Positions 1-10,940 of a stretch of 64,000 nucleotides of DNA are shown one piece after another; position 1 is the stretch's first letter; the number at the start of each line of letters is the position of its first letter. Source of the stretch: Candidatus Poribacteria bacterium (GTDB lineage: Bacteria; Poribacteria; WGA-4E; PCPOR2b); the NCBI GenBank assembly GCA_965218095.1, contig OZ244587.1, forward strand, positions 3,296,001 through 3,360,000, written 5' to 3'. The notes below the pieces were generated by a model that saw nothing but the letters and a program-made list of their open reading frames with translations, was not told the origin of the DNA and ran no database searches. The translations under genes and the position numbers were made by a program.

Positions 1-78
1 GCGGTTGGCGTTCGGATTACCGAACTCCCGATTAAACCGGAAAGGGTTGTCAATGCGCTCCATAATAACGGAAAGTGA
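1..78 (+). CDS. 3' end of a xanthine dehydrogenase-family molybdopterin-binding subunit (partial)
   Basis: Frame 1 reads AVGVRITELPIKPERVVNALHNNGK*, the typical 'A.GVRI..LP..PE.V' C-terminus of this family. Confidence 0.75.
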   Translation, partial: AVGVRITELPIKPERVVNALHNNGK

Positions 79-147
79 GCCACGCACCCCATGAGGTGGC
101 TGTTCTTTTCGGCGGCAATTTCGGTTGGAGCATCTTCAGAACAGAGC

Positions 148-590
148 TCACGTGGGAACACGTGCCCACTTCGCCGAATTGCTCTGGTGCGCGGACAATT
201 GCAGGACCACTTCCCCCTGGTACAACGATGGGCTGTCATCGTTAAAAGATCGTGACAACAGCGTTGCCAGGTCGTGGAAAAGTAGGGGCGATCGATTCAC
301 ACGCGTTGTCGCCGTGCACAGTGAACGCGGCGAGGCCCAGTGCTCCGTGCTCTGCTTCGCGAGCATCTCGCTGATGCGGTCCACTATCTCGGTCATTAGC
401 GGCTGACGCTCACGTCCTGTCCCTTCCGGAAAGTAGCCGTGGTCGCGGAAACATAGCTCCAGTCCGTCAACGTCAAACCGGTCCACGATCCCTTTGGCGG
501 CGGTAAACACGTAGTTTCACACCTCGGCAAAGATAAAGTCCATGTGGGTACCGAGCTTCGTGCGAACGCTGCCTGCCTGTTGTTTGATAT
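148..590 (-). pseudogene. Fragment of a GH10-like/family-10 glycosylhydrolase-type TIM-barrel protein
   Basis: Reads HMDFIFAEV*NYVF...VDRFDVDGLELCFRDHGYFP with an in-frame TGA, then degenerates. Confidence 0.45.
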
Positions 591-614
591 ACCACTGAGG
601 GTTATCGGTAATTC

Positions 615-2864
615 ATGCCCAAATCGATCTTCGTCATTTTTATCTTGATATTCATGTCCTTTCCGAATATCTTATCCGCGCGTGATGGAGGATTCGGGGC
701 GCATGTTATCGAAGCCTACCGTCTCAATGAAGACGTACCCCCGCCCAAAATTGATGGAAGATTAGATGACCCTGCTTGGCAGCGAGCACAACCAGTGAAC
801 GGGTTTATTCAACTTGTGCCAGATCGAGGGCAGCCCGCCACAGATGATACAGAATTCTATATCGTCTATGACCGACATCATCTCTACGTCGCATTTCGGT
901 GCTATGATGCCTCCCCTGATAAGATCGTCAACCGCCTCGTGTGGCGGGATGGGAGTATCTATGACTCAGATGTGATATCCTTCTTCATGGACCCACATCA
1001 TGACCATCGCACCGGATATAAGTTTGCCACCACCCCCGGCGGCGTTCAGAGTGATGCGTATCGTTTCGACGATATTCGGTCCGATTCAAGTTGGAGGGGA
1101 ATCTGGTGGTTAGAAACGGGGATTGATGCACAGGGGTGGGTTGCTGAGTTTAAAATCCCTTTCGCAAATTTCCGCTTCCCGGATAAGCCGGAACAGGTGT
1201 GGGGATTCGATGTTGAACGGGTGAGCCGGAGAAAAAATGAAGTCACGGTTTGGAAACAGATGACCCAGGCGGGAAGTATAACGCGGATGTCTGACCTGGG
1301 CCATCTGGTGAAACTCAGGAACATTAGAGGAGGCAAACCGTTTGAAATTTCTCCCTATTTCTTAAGAGGGAGTTCTGAAACGCACGATGAATCGCTAGAT
1401 GGTCAACTGGGAGTAGGACTAGATGTTCAGTACAACCTGACAGCTGCATTAAAGACAAACGTCACCGTTAACCCTGACTTCGCCCAGGTGGAAGCAGACC
1501 AACTGGAGATTAACCTGACTCGTTTCCCGACTCGCTTTCCGGAGCGGCGTCCTTTCTTCGTTGAGGGTAACAGTTTTTTTGAAACGCCCCTGGAGCTCTT
1601 TTTCAGTCGACGTATCGGCAGCCAGGGGGACATCCTCTGGGGCGGCAAGATGACCGGCAAGGTCGGAGATTATTCCATCGGTCTTCTCGGGAGTCAAATC
1701 GGCAGTTTCGACGCCCTGGAGATTGGTCAACAATCGGTGCTCAAAGAGGAGGCGTTGTATTCAGCGGTCCGGTTGAAGAAGGATATCCTTGAGCGCTCAA
1801 GCCTTGGGCTTATCTACGTTGATAAGGAGCAAATCGATGATAGGGAGGGAGATGAAAGCTACAGTCGGGTGGGAGGCCTGGATACGGATGTGTTCTTTCT
1901 AAAAACCTATCGATTATCGGGACAATATGCGAGGAGCTTTCATCCCGGCCGGGACACAAAAAACGGAGCCTATCTTATGGAACTTGCACAAAGCAATTAC
2001 CTCTGGAATGCCAGAGTGAGGCTGGAACGGGTTGAGCCCCTATTTGAAACCAATCAGACAGGATTCCTCCGAAAGGAGAGGTATCGCGGCTGGCAACAAA
2101 TGGATATCATGACGACTTATATTCCCCGATTGGGTCCGCATCGGGCGTCTTTGGAGATTGATAGCAGCGTCTTTCAGAGTCTTTACACTGATGCGTATTT
2201 CGCCAATTGGAGAGAGAGTAATCCAAATAGCACGCTTGCTCTAGAGTTTGAGGAGGATCTGATCGCCTGGGATGTCAACATCTCGGCAGATTTTCGTCCC
2301 ACCGAATCCTTCTGGGATGGCGTCGGCGTGTTTTATCGACGTGGCCGGGAAGTCGAACTGACGGATATATTCACGGCAGACGGATACGGATTTTCCATCG
2401 AAACGAACACCGCGCGCCCCATTGCGGTAGGTGTGGATGGAGAGATAGCGGATTTTTTCAATTTCTCAAGACAGGCTGTGGGGAAGCAGCAGCAGCTTTC
2501 TTTCTCTAGCGCCATACGGCCTCAGAGCAATTTCGCCATGGAGTTTAAGGGCAGTTACGCCCAAAGCCTCGATCAAACAGATGTCATTGATGGACGTTTT
2601 TTCGTCAGCTCTCTGCGCGTCACCTATCTGTTTACCCGCGATCTATTTCTGAGGGTTTTTACGCAAGCCGGATGTGAACGCACCTCCTTCCACGAGATAG
2701 AGGCCAATGAGAACTACTTGGTCAGCGCCCTCTTCGGGTGGGAATATAGCCCCAAAAGCCATATTTTCGTTGCGTATAACGAAGATTGGAGGACCGCTGA
2801 GGAGGAATTACGGCTGGATAACAGGGTTGTCGTATTCAAGATTTCCTATCTCTGGAATCTCTAA
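615..2864 (+). CDS. Secreted CBM9-like + DUF5916 putative outer-membrane protein
   Basis: Signal peptide; PKIDGRLDDPAW; GWVAEFKIPF; NPDFAQVEAD...NLTRF...FPERRPFFVEG; C-terminal KISYLWNL beta-signal. Confidence 0.85.
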   Translation: MPKSIFVIFILIFMSFPNILSARDGGFGAHVIEAYRLNEDVPPPKIDGRLDDPAWQRAQPVNGFIQLVPDRGQPATDDTEFYIVYDRHHLYVAFRCYDASPDKIVNRLVWRDGSIYDSDVISFFMDPHHDHRTGYKFATTPGGVQSDAYRFDDIRSDSSWRGIWWLETGIDAQGWVAEFKIPFANFRFPDKPEQVWGFDVERVSRRKNEVTVWKQMTQAGSITRMSDLGHLVKLRNIRGGKPFEISPYFLRGSSETHDESLDGQLGVGLDVQYNLTAALKTNVTVNPDFAQVEADQLEINLTRFPTRFPERRPFFVEGNSFFETPLELFFSRRIGSQGDILWGGKMTGKVGDYSIGLLGSQIGSFDALEIGQQSVLKEEALYSAVRLKKDILERSSLGLIYVDKEQIDDREGDESYSRVGGLDTDVFFLKTYRLSGQYARSFHPGRDTKNGAYLMELAQSNYLWNARVRLERVEPLFETNQTGFLRKERYRGWQQMDIMTTYIPRLGPHRASLEIDSSVFQSLYTDAYFANWRESNPNSTLALEFEEDLIAWDVNISADFRPTESFWDGVGVFYRRGREVELTDIFTADGYGFSIETNTARPIAVGVDGEIADFFNFSRQAVGKQQQLSFSSAIRPQSNFAMEFKGSYAQSLDQTDVIDGRFFVSSLRVTYLFTRDLFLRVFTQAGCERTSFHEIEANENYLVSALFGWEYSPKSHIFVAYNEDWRTAEEELRLDNRVVVFKISYLWNL

Positions 2865-3309
2865 CGAATCGAAAAGAAGTTCAACTCCCAGCGTCCCGGG
2901 GATGTCGTTGTACACATAAATTTGTTCTTGACATCAATAAACATCTCATGCTGACATTACACGACAGCACATGAATATGAAGGCTACACTTATCTGGTAA
3001 CGGAGCCAATACGGACCGGAAATGCGTCTGTCGTTTGGGTTGATTGATGATCTCCTGATTGCTAGCTTAGGAGAATCGACGATAAAAAAGGCTATTGATC
3101 TCTCTTAGGGCAAATCAGCGGAAAGCCTCGCCAACGACGCAGAATTTGCGGAAGTAATCGCACGTTTCCAGACTAACACCAGTCTGACAGACTGTCAATT
3201 CTAGCATTCTTCCAGAATTTCATGAACAACATCGAACCCGGGGCGGGAAAGGATACATTAGGACTCCTGTGAGACAGGTAACTTGACCGTGTCGACATTT
3301 CAGAGAAAG

Positions 3310-3504
3310 TTAAGTGCGTTTATAAAATCTCCGAGTTTCCTTCCCTTTCTTTATTGCCTCTCTTCGTTTCCGTTTCTTTTTTTCAGAAGGCTTTTCATGA
3401 AAGCGTCTCCTTCTGATCTCCTTGAAAAGACCTTCCTTCTGGAGTCGACGTTTTAAGGCTTGAAGTGCTTTTTCGACATTATTATCGTAAACTTTTATCT
3501 CCAA
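3310..3504 (-). CDS. rpsU: 30S ribosomal protein S21
   Basis: MEIKVYDNNVEKALQALKR...RFHEKPSEKKKRK; AAGGAG RBS; TTG start. Confidence 0.95.
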   Translation of the reverse strand: MEIKVYDNNVEKALQALKRRLQKEGLFKEIRRRRFHEKPSEKKKRKRREAIKKGKETRRFYKRT

Positions 3505-3720
3505 CTGGTTCTCCTTCTGTCGTCAAATGAGTAGCTATTATTAACTTCGGATATAAATTATACTTCACGTCGCCGGAAATTCAGCTTCCCGGACGAGCAC
3601 TGCTAGCTCGTTCCTGCTTCCACGATGAACAAATCCCTAGCAAAGCGAGATTCGGTGAAGCGGGGCTGGCAGCATCCACTACGACTGGATCGTGTTTCTA
3701 ATTTAACATTGTGGAGTTAC

Positions 3721-5394
3721 TTAAAGTTGTTTGGACAACCTTTCGGTGAGTCGCATCAGAGCCGGTGAGCGATCCAATTTGTCCAATTGCACATTGATGA
3801 TGGTAAAACTCTCCGTATGCCCCAACGCTTCCTTGAGTGCGGCATCCAGCTCACCTTCGGTTTGAACGACGAAGCCCTTGCCTGTGCCTAGCACCGCTGA
3901 CAGGTGGCTGTAACGCCACTCCCCGATGTCGTTGAACGCTCCTTCGTGCAGATGCCTTTCCGTGCTGTAGCCATCGTTATTCAACACGATGACAATGGGA
4001 TTGAGCCCGTAACGGACGCTGGTGGAGAGTTCCATCCCGGTCATCTGAAACGCGCCATCCCCGACGATGACCAGCGGTCTTCGATCAGAATGACCGAGTT
4101 GCGCGCCGATGGATGCCGGCACGGCGAACCCCATTGAGGCGTAATACGCCGGACTCAAAAAGTCGGTGCGCTGGTGCATTCTAAGATCAATCGCACCAAA
4201 AAGGCTATCGCCGATGTCTGCAATGACCATCATCTCGTCGGTAATGAACGCATTCAATCGCTCGAACATCCGAGACACTGTGATCGGCGTATCCGGATGA
4301 ACAGCAACCGACTCAGTGAACGGCTCGAGCCAATCTAGCACCGGCGGGCAGCGTTTACGAATCGGGGCATTGAGGAGGGAATCTAGGAAATCGCTGAAAG
4401 TGACATCTTCATAAGTGTGATACTTGATGGCAATCTTTTCTGATGTGGCGTAGAGATAGCGTCGCTGGTCGAGATTGGCAGTGTAAATGCCGAGGTTCAT
4501 ATCTGTCATAAACGCGCCGAGAATAATCGCGCAGTCGGAACTTTCAACACATTGACGCACCTCCTCACGGCCCATTGCGCCTTCATAAATCCCCAGGTAA
4601 AGAGGGTGTTCTTCTTGAATGACCGATTTGCCCAGCAGCGTGGCTGCTACGGGAATGTTCGTTGATTCGATCAACTTCAGCAACTTATCTTGAAATCCAA
4701 ATCGGTGGAGTTCGACACCCGCCAGGATGACGGGACTCTCACTTTCGTTGATGAACTCCACCGTCTCCTCAACGCTAGCACGAAGCACGTCCGGATCGCT
4801 CAACAGGTCACGAACAGTTGGGCGATGGTGCGGTTGTCCCTGCACATCAACCATATCGCGGGGGAGTTCGATATACCCCGGCCTTTTATAGCGATAGGCC
4901 GCATCAAACACCCGATCGATTTCACTGAAGGCAGTAATCGGATCGTCGAGCAGTGTGCTCGCTGCCGTGATTTGTTCGTAAATCCGCTTCTGTGTGAGGA
5001 AATCCCGCACCTTATGATGCAACAGTGGGTCTTTTTCCCGCTCTTTCATTCCCGGACCACCACTAATCACGAGCACGGGTGATTTCTCGGCATAAGCCCC
5101 CGCTATGGAATTGGTCATCGATAAGCCACCGACACAGTAGGTGATGCAAGCTGCCCCCATCCCGTTGACACGGGCGTAGGCGTCCGCTGCATATCCCGCG
5201 GCGTCCTCCCGTGTCATGCCAATATGTTGAATAGGGCTCTGCTCGATTAGATGATAAAACCGCAGCACGTAATCCCCCGGAATACCGAAAATATGTTTGA
5301 TGTTATACGTCTGCAACTTTTCCAGCAGATATTCGCCAATCGTCGCAGATGTTTGAATCTGTTTTGTTGTCGCAACAGGTTGGTCTTTCATCAT
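3721..5394 (-). CDS. ThDP-dependent alpha-keto-acid (pyruvate/indolepyruvate) decarboxylase family protein
   Basis: FGIPGDY, EDAAGYAADAYAR, LLHH, GDGAFQMTG...LNNDGY ThDP-binding motif. Confidence 0.92.
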   Translation of the reverse strand: MMKDQPVATTKQIQTSATIGEYLLEKLQTYNIKHIFGIPGDYVLRFYHLIEQSPIQHIGMTREDAAGYAADAYARVNGMGAACITYCVGGLSMTNSIAGAYAEKSPVLVISGGPGMKEREKDPLLHHKVRDFLTQKRIYEQITAASTLLDDPITAFSEIDRVFDAAYRYKRPGYIELPRDMVDVQGQPHHRPTVRDLLSDPDVLRASVEETVEFINESESPVILAGVELHRFGFQDKLLKLIESTNIPVAATLLGKSVIQEEHPLYLGIYEGAMGREEVRQCVESSDCAIILGAFMTDMNLGIYTANLDQRRYLYATSEKIAIKYHTYEDVTFSDFLDSLLNAPIRKRCPPVLDWLEPFTESVAVHPDTPITVSRMFERLNAFITDEMMVIADIGDSLFGAIDLRMHQRTDFLSPAYYASMGFAVPASIGAQLGHSDRRPLVIVGDGAFQMTGMELSTSVRYGLNPIVIVLNNDGYSTERHLHEGAFNDIGEWRYSHLSAVLGTGKGFVVQTEGELDAALKEALGHTESFTIINVQLDKLDRSPALMRLTERLSKQL

Positions 5395-5482
5395 TGATAC
5401 TTGCTTTCGGTCCGGTGTCCTCGAACCCTTTCACAGATTGGATTTCTCATTTCTGGCATTCGTTTAACACCGCTTCCGCGAA

Positions 5483-6250
5483 TCATGTCAGAGGGCTGTC
5501 AGAGGAAGTGGGATGGGAAAGTGAAGAGGTACCTTCGATTGGGCCATCTTCCGGTTCTCGGCGCTGATTTTCTTGGTGGCGGATGGCGGTAGCTATAATT
5601 CCTGCCGCTTGTTCAGTGTGCATTGAACCGGTATTTAGCACAAGGTCATAGTGCATTGCATCCGTCCAATCTGCATCATAGTACTGTTTGATGTAGTGAG
5701 CCCGTTGTTTGTAGATTGTTTCAATGCCTTTCGAGGCTTTCGGATGCGTGATGCCTTCCTCGTCCATAATCTGTTTGATGCGGTCTTCAATGGGCGCAAT
5801 AAAACGGACATGAAGTGTATTCGGCTTCCCGGCAAGAATCATCTGGCTGCCACGTCCGACGATGACGACATTATCACGCTTCCACAGTTTTTCGATGACA
5901 TGCTGGAAAAACGCGAGAACTTCTTCCCTCGTTGGAATCGGCTCATCCGCAATCGATAGCTGTCTCTCAACGGGATAGTATTCCATGAGAAACTCTGATG
6001 GGTAATAATAAGACGGTAACTCAAGGTATCTCGAAAAGTCCGGCAGAAAGAGTTTTTTCAGGAAACCACGAAGTCCGTGCTCATCCCTCTCGTCGTACCG
6101 ACTGATCTGTTCTTCCGTCATGTTGGCGGCGCGTGCTACCTCCGCGAGGATATCTTTATCAAAATAGCTATACCCTAAGTCTTGGGCAACCCGTTGGGCG
6201 ATTTGCTCGCCACGGCTTCCGTATTCTCTGGAAATTGTGATGACTGCCAT
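5483..6250 (-). CDS. Cytidylate kinase-like family protein (Cytidylate_kin2)
   Basis: MAVITISREYGSRG, VIVGRGSQ, YDLVLNT; start reset to ATG 6250 after AAGGAGGAG RBS. Confidence 0.88.
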   Translation of the reverse strand: MAVITISREYGSRGEQIAQRVAQDLGYSYFDKDILAEVARAANMTEEQISRYDERDEHGLRGFLKKLFLPDFSRYLELPSYYYPSEFLMEYYPVERQLSIADEPIPTREEVLAFFQHVIEKLWKRDNVVIVGRGSQMILAGKPNTLHVRFIAPIEDRIKQIMDEEGITHPKASKGIETIYKQRAHYIKQYYDADWTDAMHYDLVLNTGSMHTEQAAGIIATAIRHQENQRREPEDGPIEGTSSLSHPTSSDSPLT

Positions 6251-6654
6251 AAGCGTTCTCCTCCTTGTGTCTGAGAGGGTATGAGACAAGCACCCTCCCA
6301 CGAAAATGAGCGAATGGCACATAATAACCTTTGGTGCTAGTTTTGGAATGTGGATTCAATAACGACGGGCATAAAGTCCTGGACTACGGAGAATCGTGTC
6401 GTGGCCGAGTCCCTTGTGGGCGTTGAGTTTGGTACGAACAAGCACCATTAGTTAATACCAGTTCTAAATTAAAATCCGACATAACTTTGTAGGGACCATC
6501 CCCCCGATAAAACCGGAATTTCGCTTTGGTCAACCTTTGGTCTCCCATCATTGAGCGGGTGTTTGCATCCCACACAGCGGGGCACAAGTGCCTGCCCCTG
6601 CAGTTCATGCAGCCTCTTAAAATCGAACCGGTATAAGAAGTCATCGCTCTCTCT

Positions 6655-7012
6655 CATTCGCCCGGTGATTTTAACAATTCGAGCGCAGCATCCTCGTCCG
6701 TGATGAGGACATCAACGAAATGCTTCGTTTAGAGCAGCCCGAATACAGGTAACCTTCTCTTTTCCCCCAGGACTGCTGAATTATCTTTAACCATCACAGC
6801 GTCACGCAAACTAAACCGATTCATAAGGGTAATCTCCATGTTTCGGATATGACTCACCTTGATGCGAACCTCTACTAAACCATAGCGCCGTGCTGCTCGG
6901 ATGAAGCGGGAAACCTTGCTTGTAGATAAGCCGAGTTCTGCTGCAATTTTTGCCTGAGGCTGGTTATCTTCATAAAAAATTTTGCACAACGAATCATCAG
7001 TTTGAATCCATC
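6655..7012 (-). pseudogene. SorC/DeoR sugar-binding transcriptional regulator with a large internal deletion
   Basis: N-terminal HTH (QAKIAAELGLSTSKVSRFIRAARRYGLVEVRI) joined almost directly to the C-terminal KHFVDVLITDEDAA segment, with a stop between. Confidence 0.7.
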
Positions 7013-7154
7013 TTCTTGATTATACTAAATCACCTTGTCACGAGGGTTGAAATAAATTGCATCAATTGATATGACAGATAATTACCTGATAATGCTATCA
7101 CGATTTGAAATGTATGTCAAATCATTTGCAAATTTTTCCGCCCAACATTTTTGC

Positions 7155-7182
7155 TTGACACACCGCCGGAAAACCGTATAAT
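7155..7182 (+). promoter_or_regulatory. Sigma70-type promoter
   Basis: TTGACA-N16-TATAAT, both hexamers matching consensus. Confidence 0.6.
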
Positions 7183-7245
7183 TGAAACCGTAGTCAGCTA
7201 TAAGTCGGTAAAATTAACGATTTCACACCAAAAGAGTGAGGAGAA

Positions 7246-7573
7246 ACGTCGAAGGCGATAAGATGGCCGCCCGCTGGACAGGTTGCGGCACACACAAAGG
7301 GGAGCTATACCGCCACAGATCATAAGTGACATTGCTGCTACTTTGCATCTGGTATCATGAATCATGTATTGGTGCAAGATGCCAGATTCAGGATGCAAAA
7401 GCGTCATTTATCACCGTTTGCAGTATAATGGGCAGCTCCCCGACCAACAAACCTATGGCGGGGACAGGATCACTATCGACCGCATTGCTGGCGGGAAAAG
7501 CGTGGAAAGTTGGGTCGGATATGACCTGATGGGTATAATGCAACAGCTCGGCGTGATTCCCGCGCCAGGGTAG
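7246..7573 (+). pseudogene. Ester cyclase (SnoaL-like) pseudogene, N-terminally deleted and interrupted by a MITE
   Basis: VEGDKMAARWTGCGTHKGEL [insert] MGSSPTNKP...ITIDRIAGGKSVESW...MQQLGVIP*. Confidence 0.8.
7308..7425. mobile_element. 118-bp MITE with TA target-site duplication (IS630/Tc1-mariner-like ends) carrying a heptamer hairpin
   Basis: TA|TACCGCCACAGATCATAAGTGAC...GTCATTTATCACCGTTTGCAGTA|TA imperfect TIRs; removing the element plus one TA restores the in-frame GEL-MG junction. Confidence 0.8.
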
Positions 7574-7934
7574 GTTGAAGAGTAATCCCCATTCTCGGGC
7601 TATCCATCAGGCATACTGAATCCGGAGTGCAGGGCAAGTTCTCCACTCCAACTCTTGGTTCTCATTCATTGCTTCGTTGAGTCCTGCTCAAACGGTCAAG
7701 CTGAGCTCCTCCATAATCTGATAGACTTTCGATTCTGTGGTTGACTTCTTCTGAATGTACAGATAAACAGGACTTAGTGGATTCTTTTTCAGCGTAAAAG
7801 TAATGTCATCCATGGTTGCTTCCCCTTACCCGATTCTCAAAAGGGAGTGACTTCGGATAATATCATTATATCACCTGTCTCAACAGGCATCAACGCAAAA
7901 GAGCGTTGACTAGAAATTTCCAAAATGAGTTGAC

Positions 7935-9665
7935 ATGAAAATAGATCCAATCACCCTCGCCGTGATTCGTGGCAGCTTGGAGCAGATCGCCGACGAGATG
8001 GACGCCACCTTGGAGCGGATGGCGTTTTCACCGGTGATCTCCGATGGGTTTGACCGAGCCAGCGGCATCTACGACAAAACCAATGGTGAGGTTATCATGC
8101 AGGGCCCGCGCGGCCTCCCGAGTTTCATTTACGTCATGGAGTTCACCACCCGTACCGTGATTGAGCAGATTGAGGACATAGCGCCGGGAGACATCTACAT
8201 CATGAACGACCCCTATTTGGGTGGCACTCACCTGATGGATGTGAAGATGGTCAAGCCCGTTTTCTACAAGGGAAAACTGACTGCTTTTCTCGCCAACAGT
8301 GGTCACTGGCCCGACATCGGGGGACGGGTCCCCGGTGGATTCTCAAGCAAAGCCACAGAGATCTATCAAGAAGGACTTCGCCTCCCTCCGATACGGATTT
8401 TGGATCGGGGGAAGTTGAACAAAGAAGTCCTCGACATCATCCTGCACAACGTGCGAGTGCCGGATGAACGGCAGGGAGACATCATCGCCCAGGTGACCGC
8501 CCTCAACCTCGGTGCCGATCGCTTGACCCGGGTCCTTGACCGCTACGGGGAGGAGACGGTTTTTGCCGCTATCGCAGAACTGAAAGCCCGTTCGGAACAG
8601 TTGATACGGTGCCATATTGAGACCATTCCGGACGGAAAGTATGTGTTTGAAGACCATATTGACAGCGATGGGGTGGAATGGAAGCCGCTCACCATCCATA
8701 TAGAGATGGAAGTGAAAGGCAGCGATGTACACATTGATTTCTCCAGGAGCAGCCCGCCCTGTAAGGGACCGCTCAACAGCGTCCTCAGCACCACGATCGC
8801 TGGAGTCTACATCGCCTTTAAGCACGTCTTCCCTGATGTCCCCATCAATGCGGGCTGTTTTGCGCCCTTCTCTTTCAATCTTCCTGCGACAACCTTTATC
8901 AACGCCCAGCATCCACGTCCCGTATCCGGGTGCGCCTCCGAGGTTTGTCAACGTATCATTGATGTGGTGTTGGGTGCGCTCAGTCAGGCTATTCCGGAAA
9001 AGAGCTACGCTGCCCCGATGGGGACGGTGACAAATCTTTCCGTGGGTGGAGAGGATCCGGAGAAGGGATATTACGTCTTTTACTCTTTTATCGGCGGTGG
9101 GTACGGGGGAAATTATCTCACCGACGGGCTGATCAACGGCAATCCGACCATTGCCCTTGCCCGAACTCAAGCCCTGGAGATCTTTGAGTCCCGCTACCCT
9201 GTCCTTTTTACCCGTTACACCATCCGGGAGGGGTCGGGCGGGGCTGGGATGCGTCGCGGCGGTCTTGGTGTGATTTTTGAGTTTCAGATTCGGCGAGGTG
9301 AGGCGAGCGCTTCGATGCTTGGGGAGCGGGGCCGTTTTGCACCCTTCGGCATTCTGGGAGGAAAATCCGCCAAACCGGCAAAACACACTTTCATTCTCCG
9401 GGGAAAGGACTACTGTCCGCCTCATATCTCCAAAGACGAAGGCGTCCCCATGCAGGCGGGGGATGTGCTGCGGCTGGAGACGCCGGGCGGCGGGGGATAT
9501 GGCGCTCCCTTGGATCGCCCGCCGGAGCTGGTCTCACAGGATGTCAAACGTGGATACTACGACCGGGGAACCGCAGAACGAGAATACGGCGTCCTGATTA
9601 AGGGAGATGACTGGGAAGTCGATGCCGAAGGAACCGCGCAACTGCGGGCATCTCTTCGCGCTTAA
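7935..9665 (+). CDS. Hydantoinase B/5-oxoprolinase family protein
   Basis: DPITLAVI, NDPYLGGTHLMD, HWPDIGGRVPG, EIYQEGLRLPP, ETPGGGGYG. Confidence 0.93.
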   Translation: MKIDPITLAVIRGSLEQIADEMDATLERMAFSPVISDGFDRASGIYDKTNGEVIMQGPRGLPSFIYVMEFTTRTVIEQIEDIAPGDIYIMNDPYLGGTHLMDVKMVKPVFYKGKLTAFLANSGHWPDIGGRVPGGFSSKATEIYQEGLRLPPIRILDRGKLNKEVLDIILHNVRVPDERQGDIIAQVTALNLGADRLTRVLDRYGEETVFAAIAELKARSEQLIRCHIETIPDGKYVFEDHIDSDGVEWKPLTIHIEMEVKGSDVHIDFSRSSPPCKGPLNSVLSTTIAGVYIAFKHVFPDVPINAGCFAPFSFNLPATTFINAQHPRPVSGCASEVCQRIIDVVLGALSQAIPEKSYAAPMGTVTNLSVGGEDPEKGYYVFYSFIGGGYGGNYLTDGLINGNPTIALARTQALEIFESRYPVLFTRYTIREGSGGAGMRRGGLGVIFEFQIRRGEASASMLGERGRFAPFGILGGKSAKPAKHTFILRGKDYCPPHISKDEGVPMQAGDVLRLETPGGGGYGAPLDRPPELVSQDVKRGYYDRGTAEREYGVLIKGDDWEVDAEGTAQLRASLRA

Positions 9666-9960
9666 TTTTGCTGAGAGGTGTGAACAATGTCAGTTGCTGT
9701 TAAACTGCCGATTAGTGACCGATATTGCTTTAACCCAAGGCAGGACATGTGGGGTGAACCCACAAGAACAGGCATCCCGCATGAATATATTGACTATTTT
9801 TCTTTTGCCTTTATAGCTTACCACTGTTATCATAATAGTGATTACAACATAGACAAGGACAATTGACCGTACGTAGTGTTGATTGGCTGGATTGTATAAT
9901 TTGGTGCTGATGGCTTGACCACTTCAATGGCAAATCGGTATTAGATAAACGAGGAACGCG

Positions 9961-10896
9961 ATGAAAAATTTCAAAACAATCTCTTTGATGAACCTTATCT
10001 TCCTGATACTGCCAATCTTCACGGGTTGCAATATGACCAAACTCACCGTCAACCAAACCGTTAAGGTTTTCGCCGAGGCGTCCCAAACTTTCGACAAGGA
10101 GACAGATCTTGTGTTGGCAGATGCGGGTATCATGTCAAACCTCAAGATATTTGAGGGGCTGCTAGAGATCGCGCCGGATAACGAGGAACTACTAACCCTG
10201 ACGGCGAGGTCTTTCGCGCTGTATGCCTTCGCGTTTGTTGAGGATAAGATGGAAAGCGCGGCAGCAGCAGGGGACTTCGAGACAGAAGCTGAAATGCGAG
10301 CGCGCGCAATCGATTATTACGGGCGAGGCAAACGATACGGACTAAAGCTCCTATCGAAGGCGAATAAGGTGTTTCCCCAAGTGCTTAATGAAGATACGGA
10401 AGCGCTGGAATCCGCGTTAAAGAAACTGAAGAAAAAACACCTCCCCGGGCTCTTCTGGGCAGCTTACACTTGGGGAGGCTTGATCAACTTACAGCAAGAT
10501 GATCCGATGCAGGTCGTCGATCTCGCGAAAGTCGAATTAATGATGAAGCGCGTAATTGAGATGGATGAGGCATTCTTTTTGGGTAGTGCGCACATGTTTT
10601 ATGGGGTTTACTATGGGAGCCGCTCACCACAGCTTGGCGGGGAACCTGAGAAGGCAAAGATGCATCTGCAGAAGGTGGATGCAATCAATGGTGACAAATT
10701 TCTCCTCAGCAAGCTGTTCCTCGCCCTTCACTATGCTTATCCGACTCAAGATCGCGATCTCTACCAAAGGACATTGCAGGGAATTATTGACGCCCCCATT
10801 GACATTTTTCCCGAACAGCGGATCGTGACTGCTGTTGCTAAAGCCCGTGCCAAACGTTGGCTTGCTCAAATCGATAATCTTTTCGATGAAGAATAA
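9961..10896 (+). CDS. TRAP transporter TatT-component family lipoprotein
   Basis: Lipobox IFTGC; ETDLVLA...LEIAPDN; LFWAAY.WG; GSAHMFYG.YY...PQLGGEPEKAK.H. Confidence 0.8.
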   Translation: MKNFKTISLMNLIFLILPIFTGCNMTKLTVNQTVKVFAEASQTFDKETDLVLADAGIMSNLKIFEGLLEIAPDNEELLTLTARSFALYAFAFVEDKMESAAAAGDFETEAEMRARAIDYYGRGKRYGLKLLSKANKVFPQVLNEDTEALESALKKLKKKHLPGLFWAAYTWGGLINLQQDDPMQVVDLAKVELMMKRVIEMDEAFFLGSAHMFYGVYYGSRSPQLGGEPEKAKMHLQKVDAINGDKFLLSKLFLALHYAYPTQDRDLYQRTLQGIIDAPIDIFPEQRIVTAVAKARAKRWLAQIDNLFDEE

Positions 10897-10940
10897 TCCG
10901 CAGATTTTTGAGTGAAGGGACTTACTTTTTCTCAAGCGCT

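Noticed and set aside
500-530. In-frame TGA in the GH-like fragment as possible Sec
   Set aside because: The position fits Arg (CGA to TGA) and the rest of the gene is degraded
3540-3715. Possible structured RNA upstream of rpsU
   Set aside because: Some short stems, but no match to an RNA family I can recognise
8343-9425. Long antisense ORFs (also 29253-30320, 51976-52719, 55669-56532, 38057-38692)
   Set aside because: Shadows of well-supported genes on the opposite strand, with no motifs of their own
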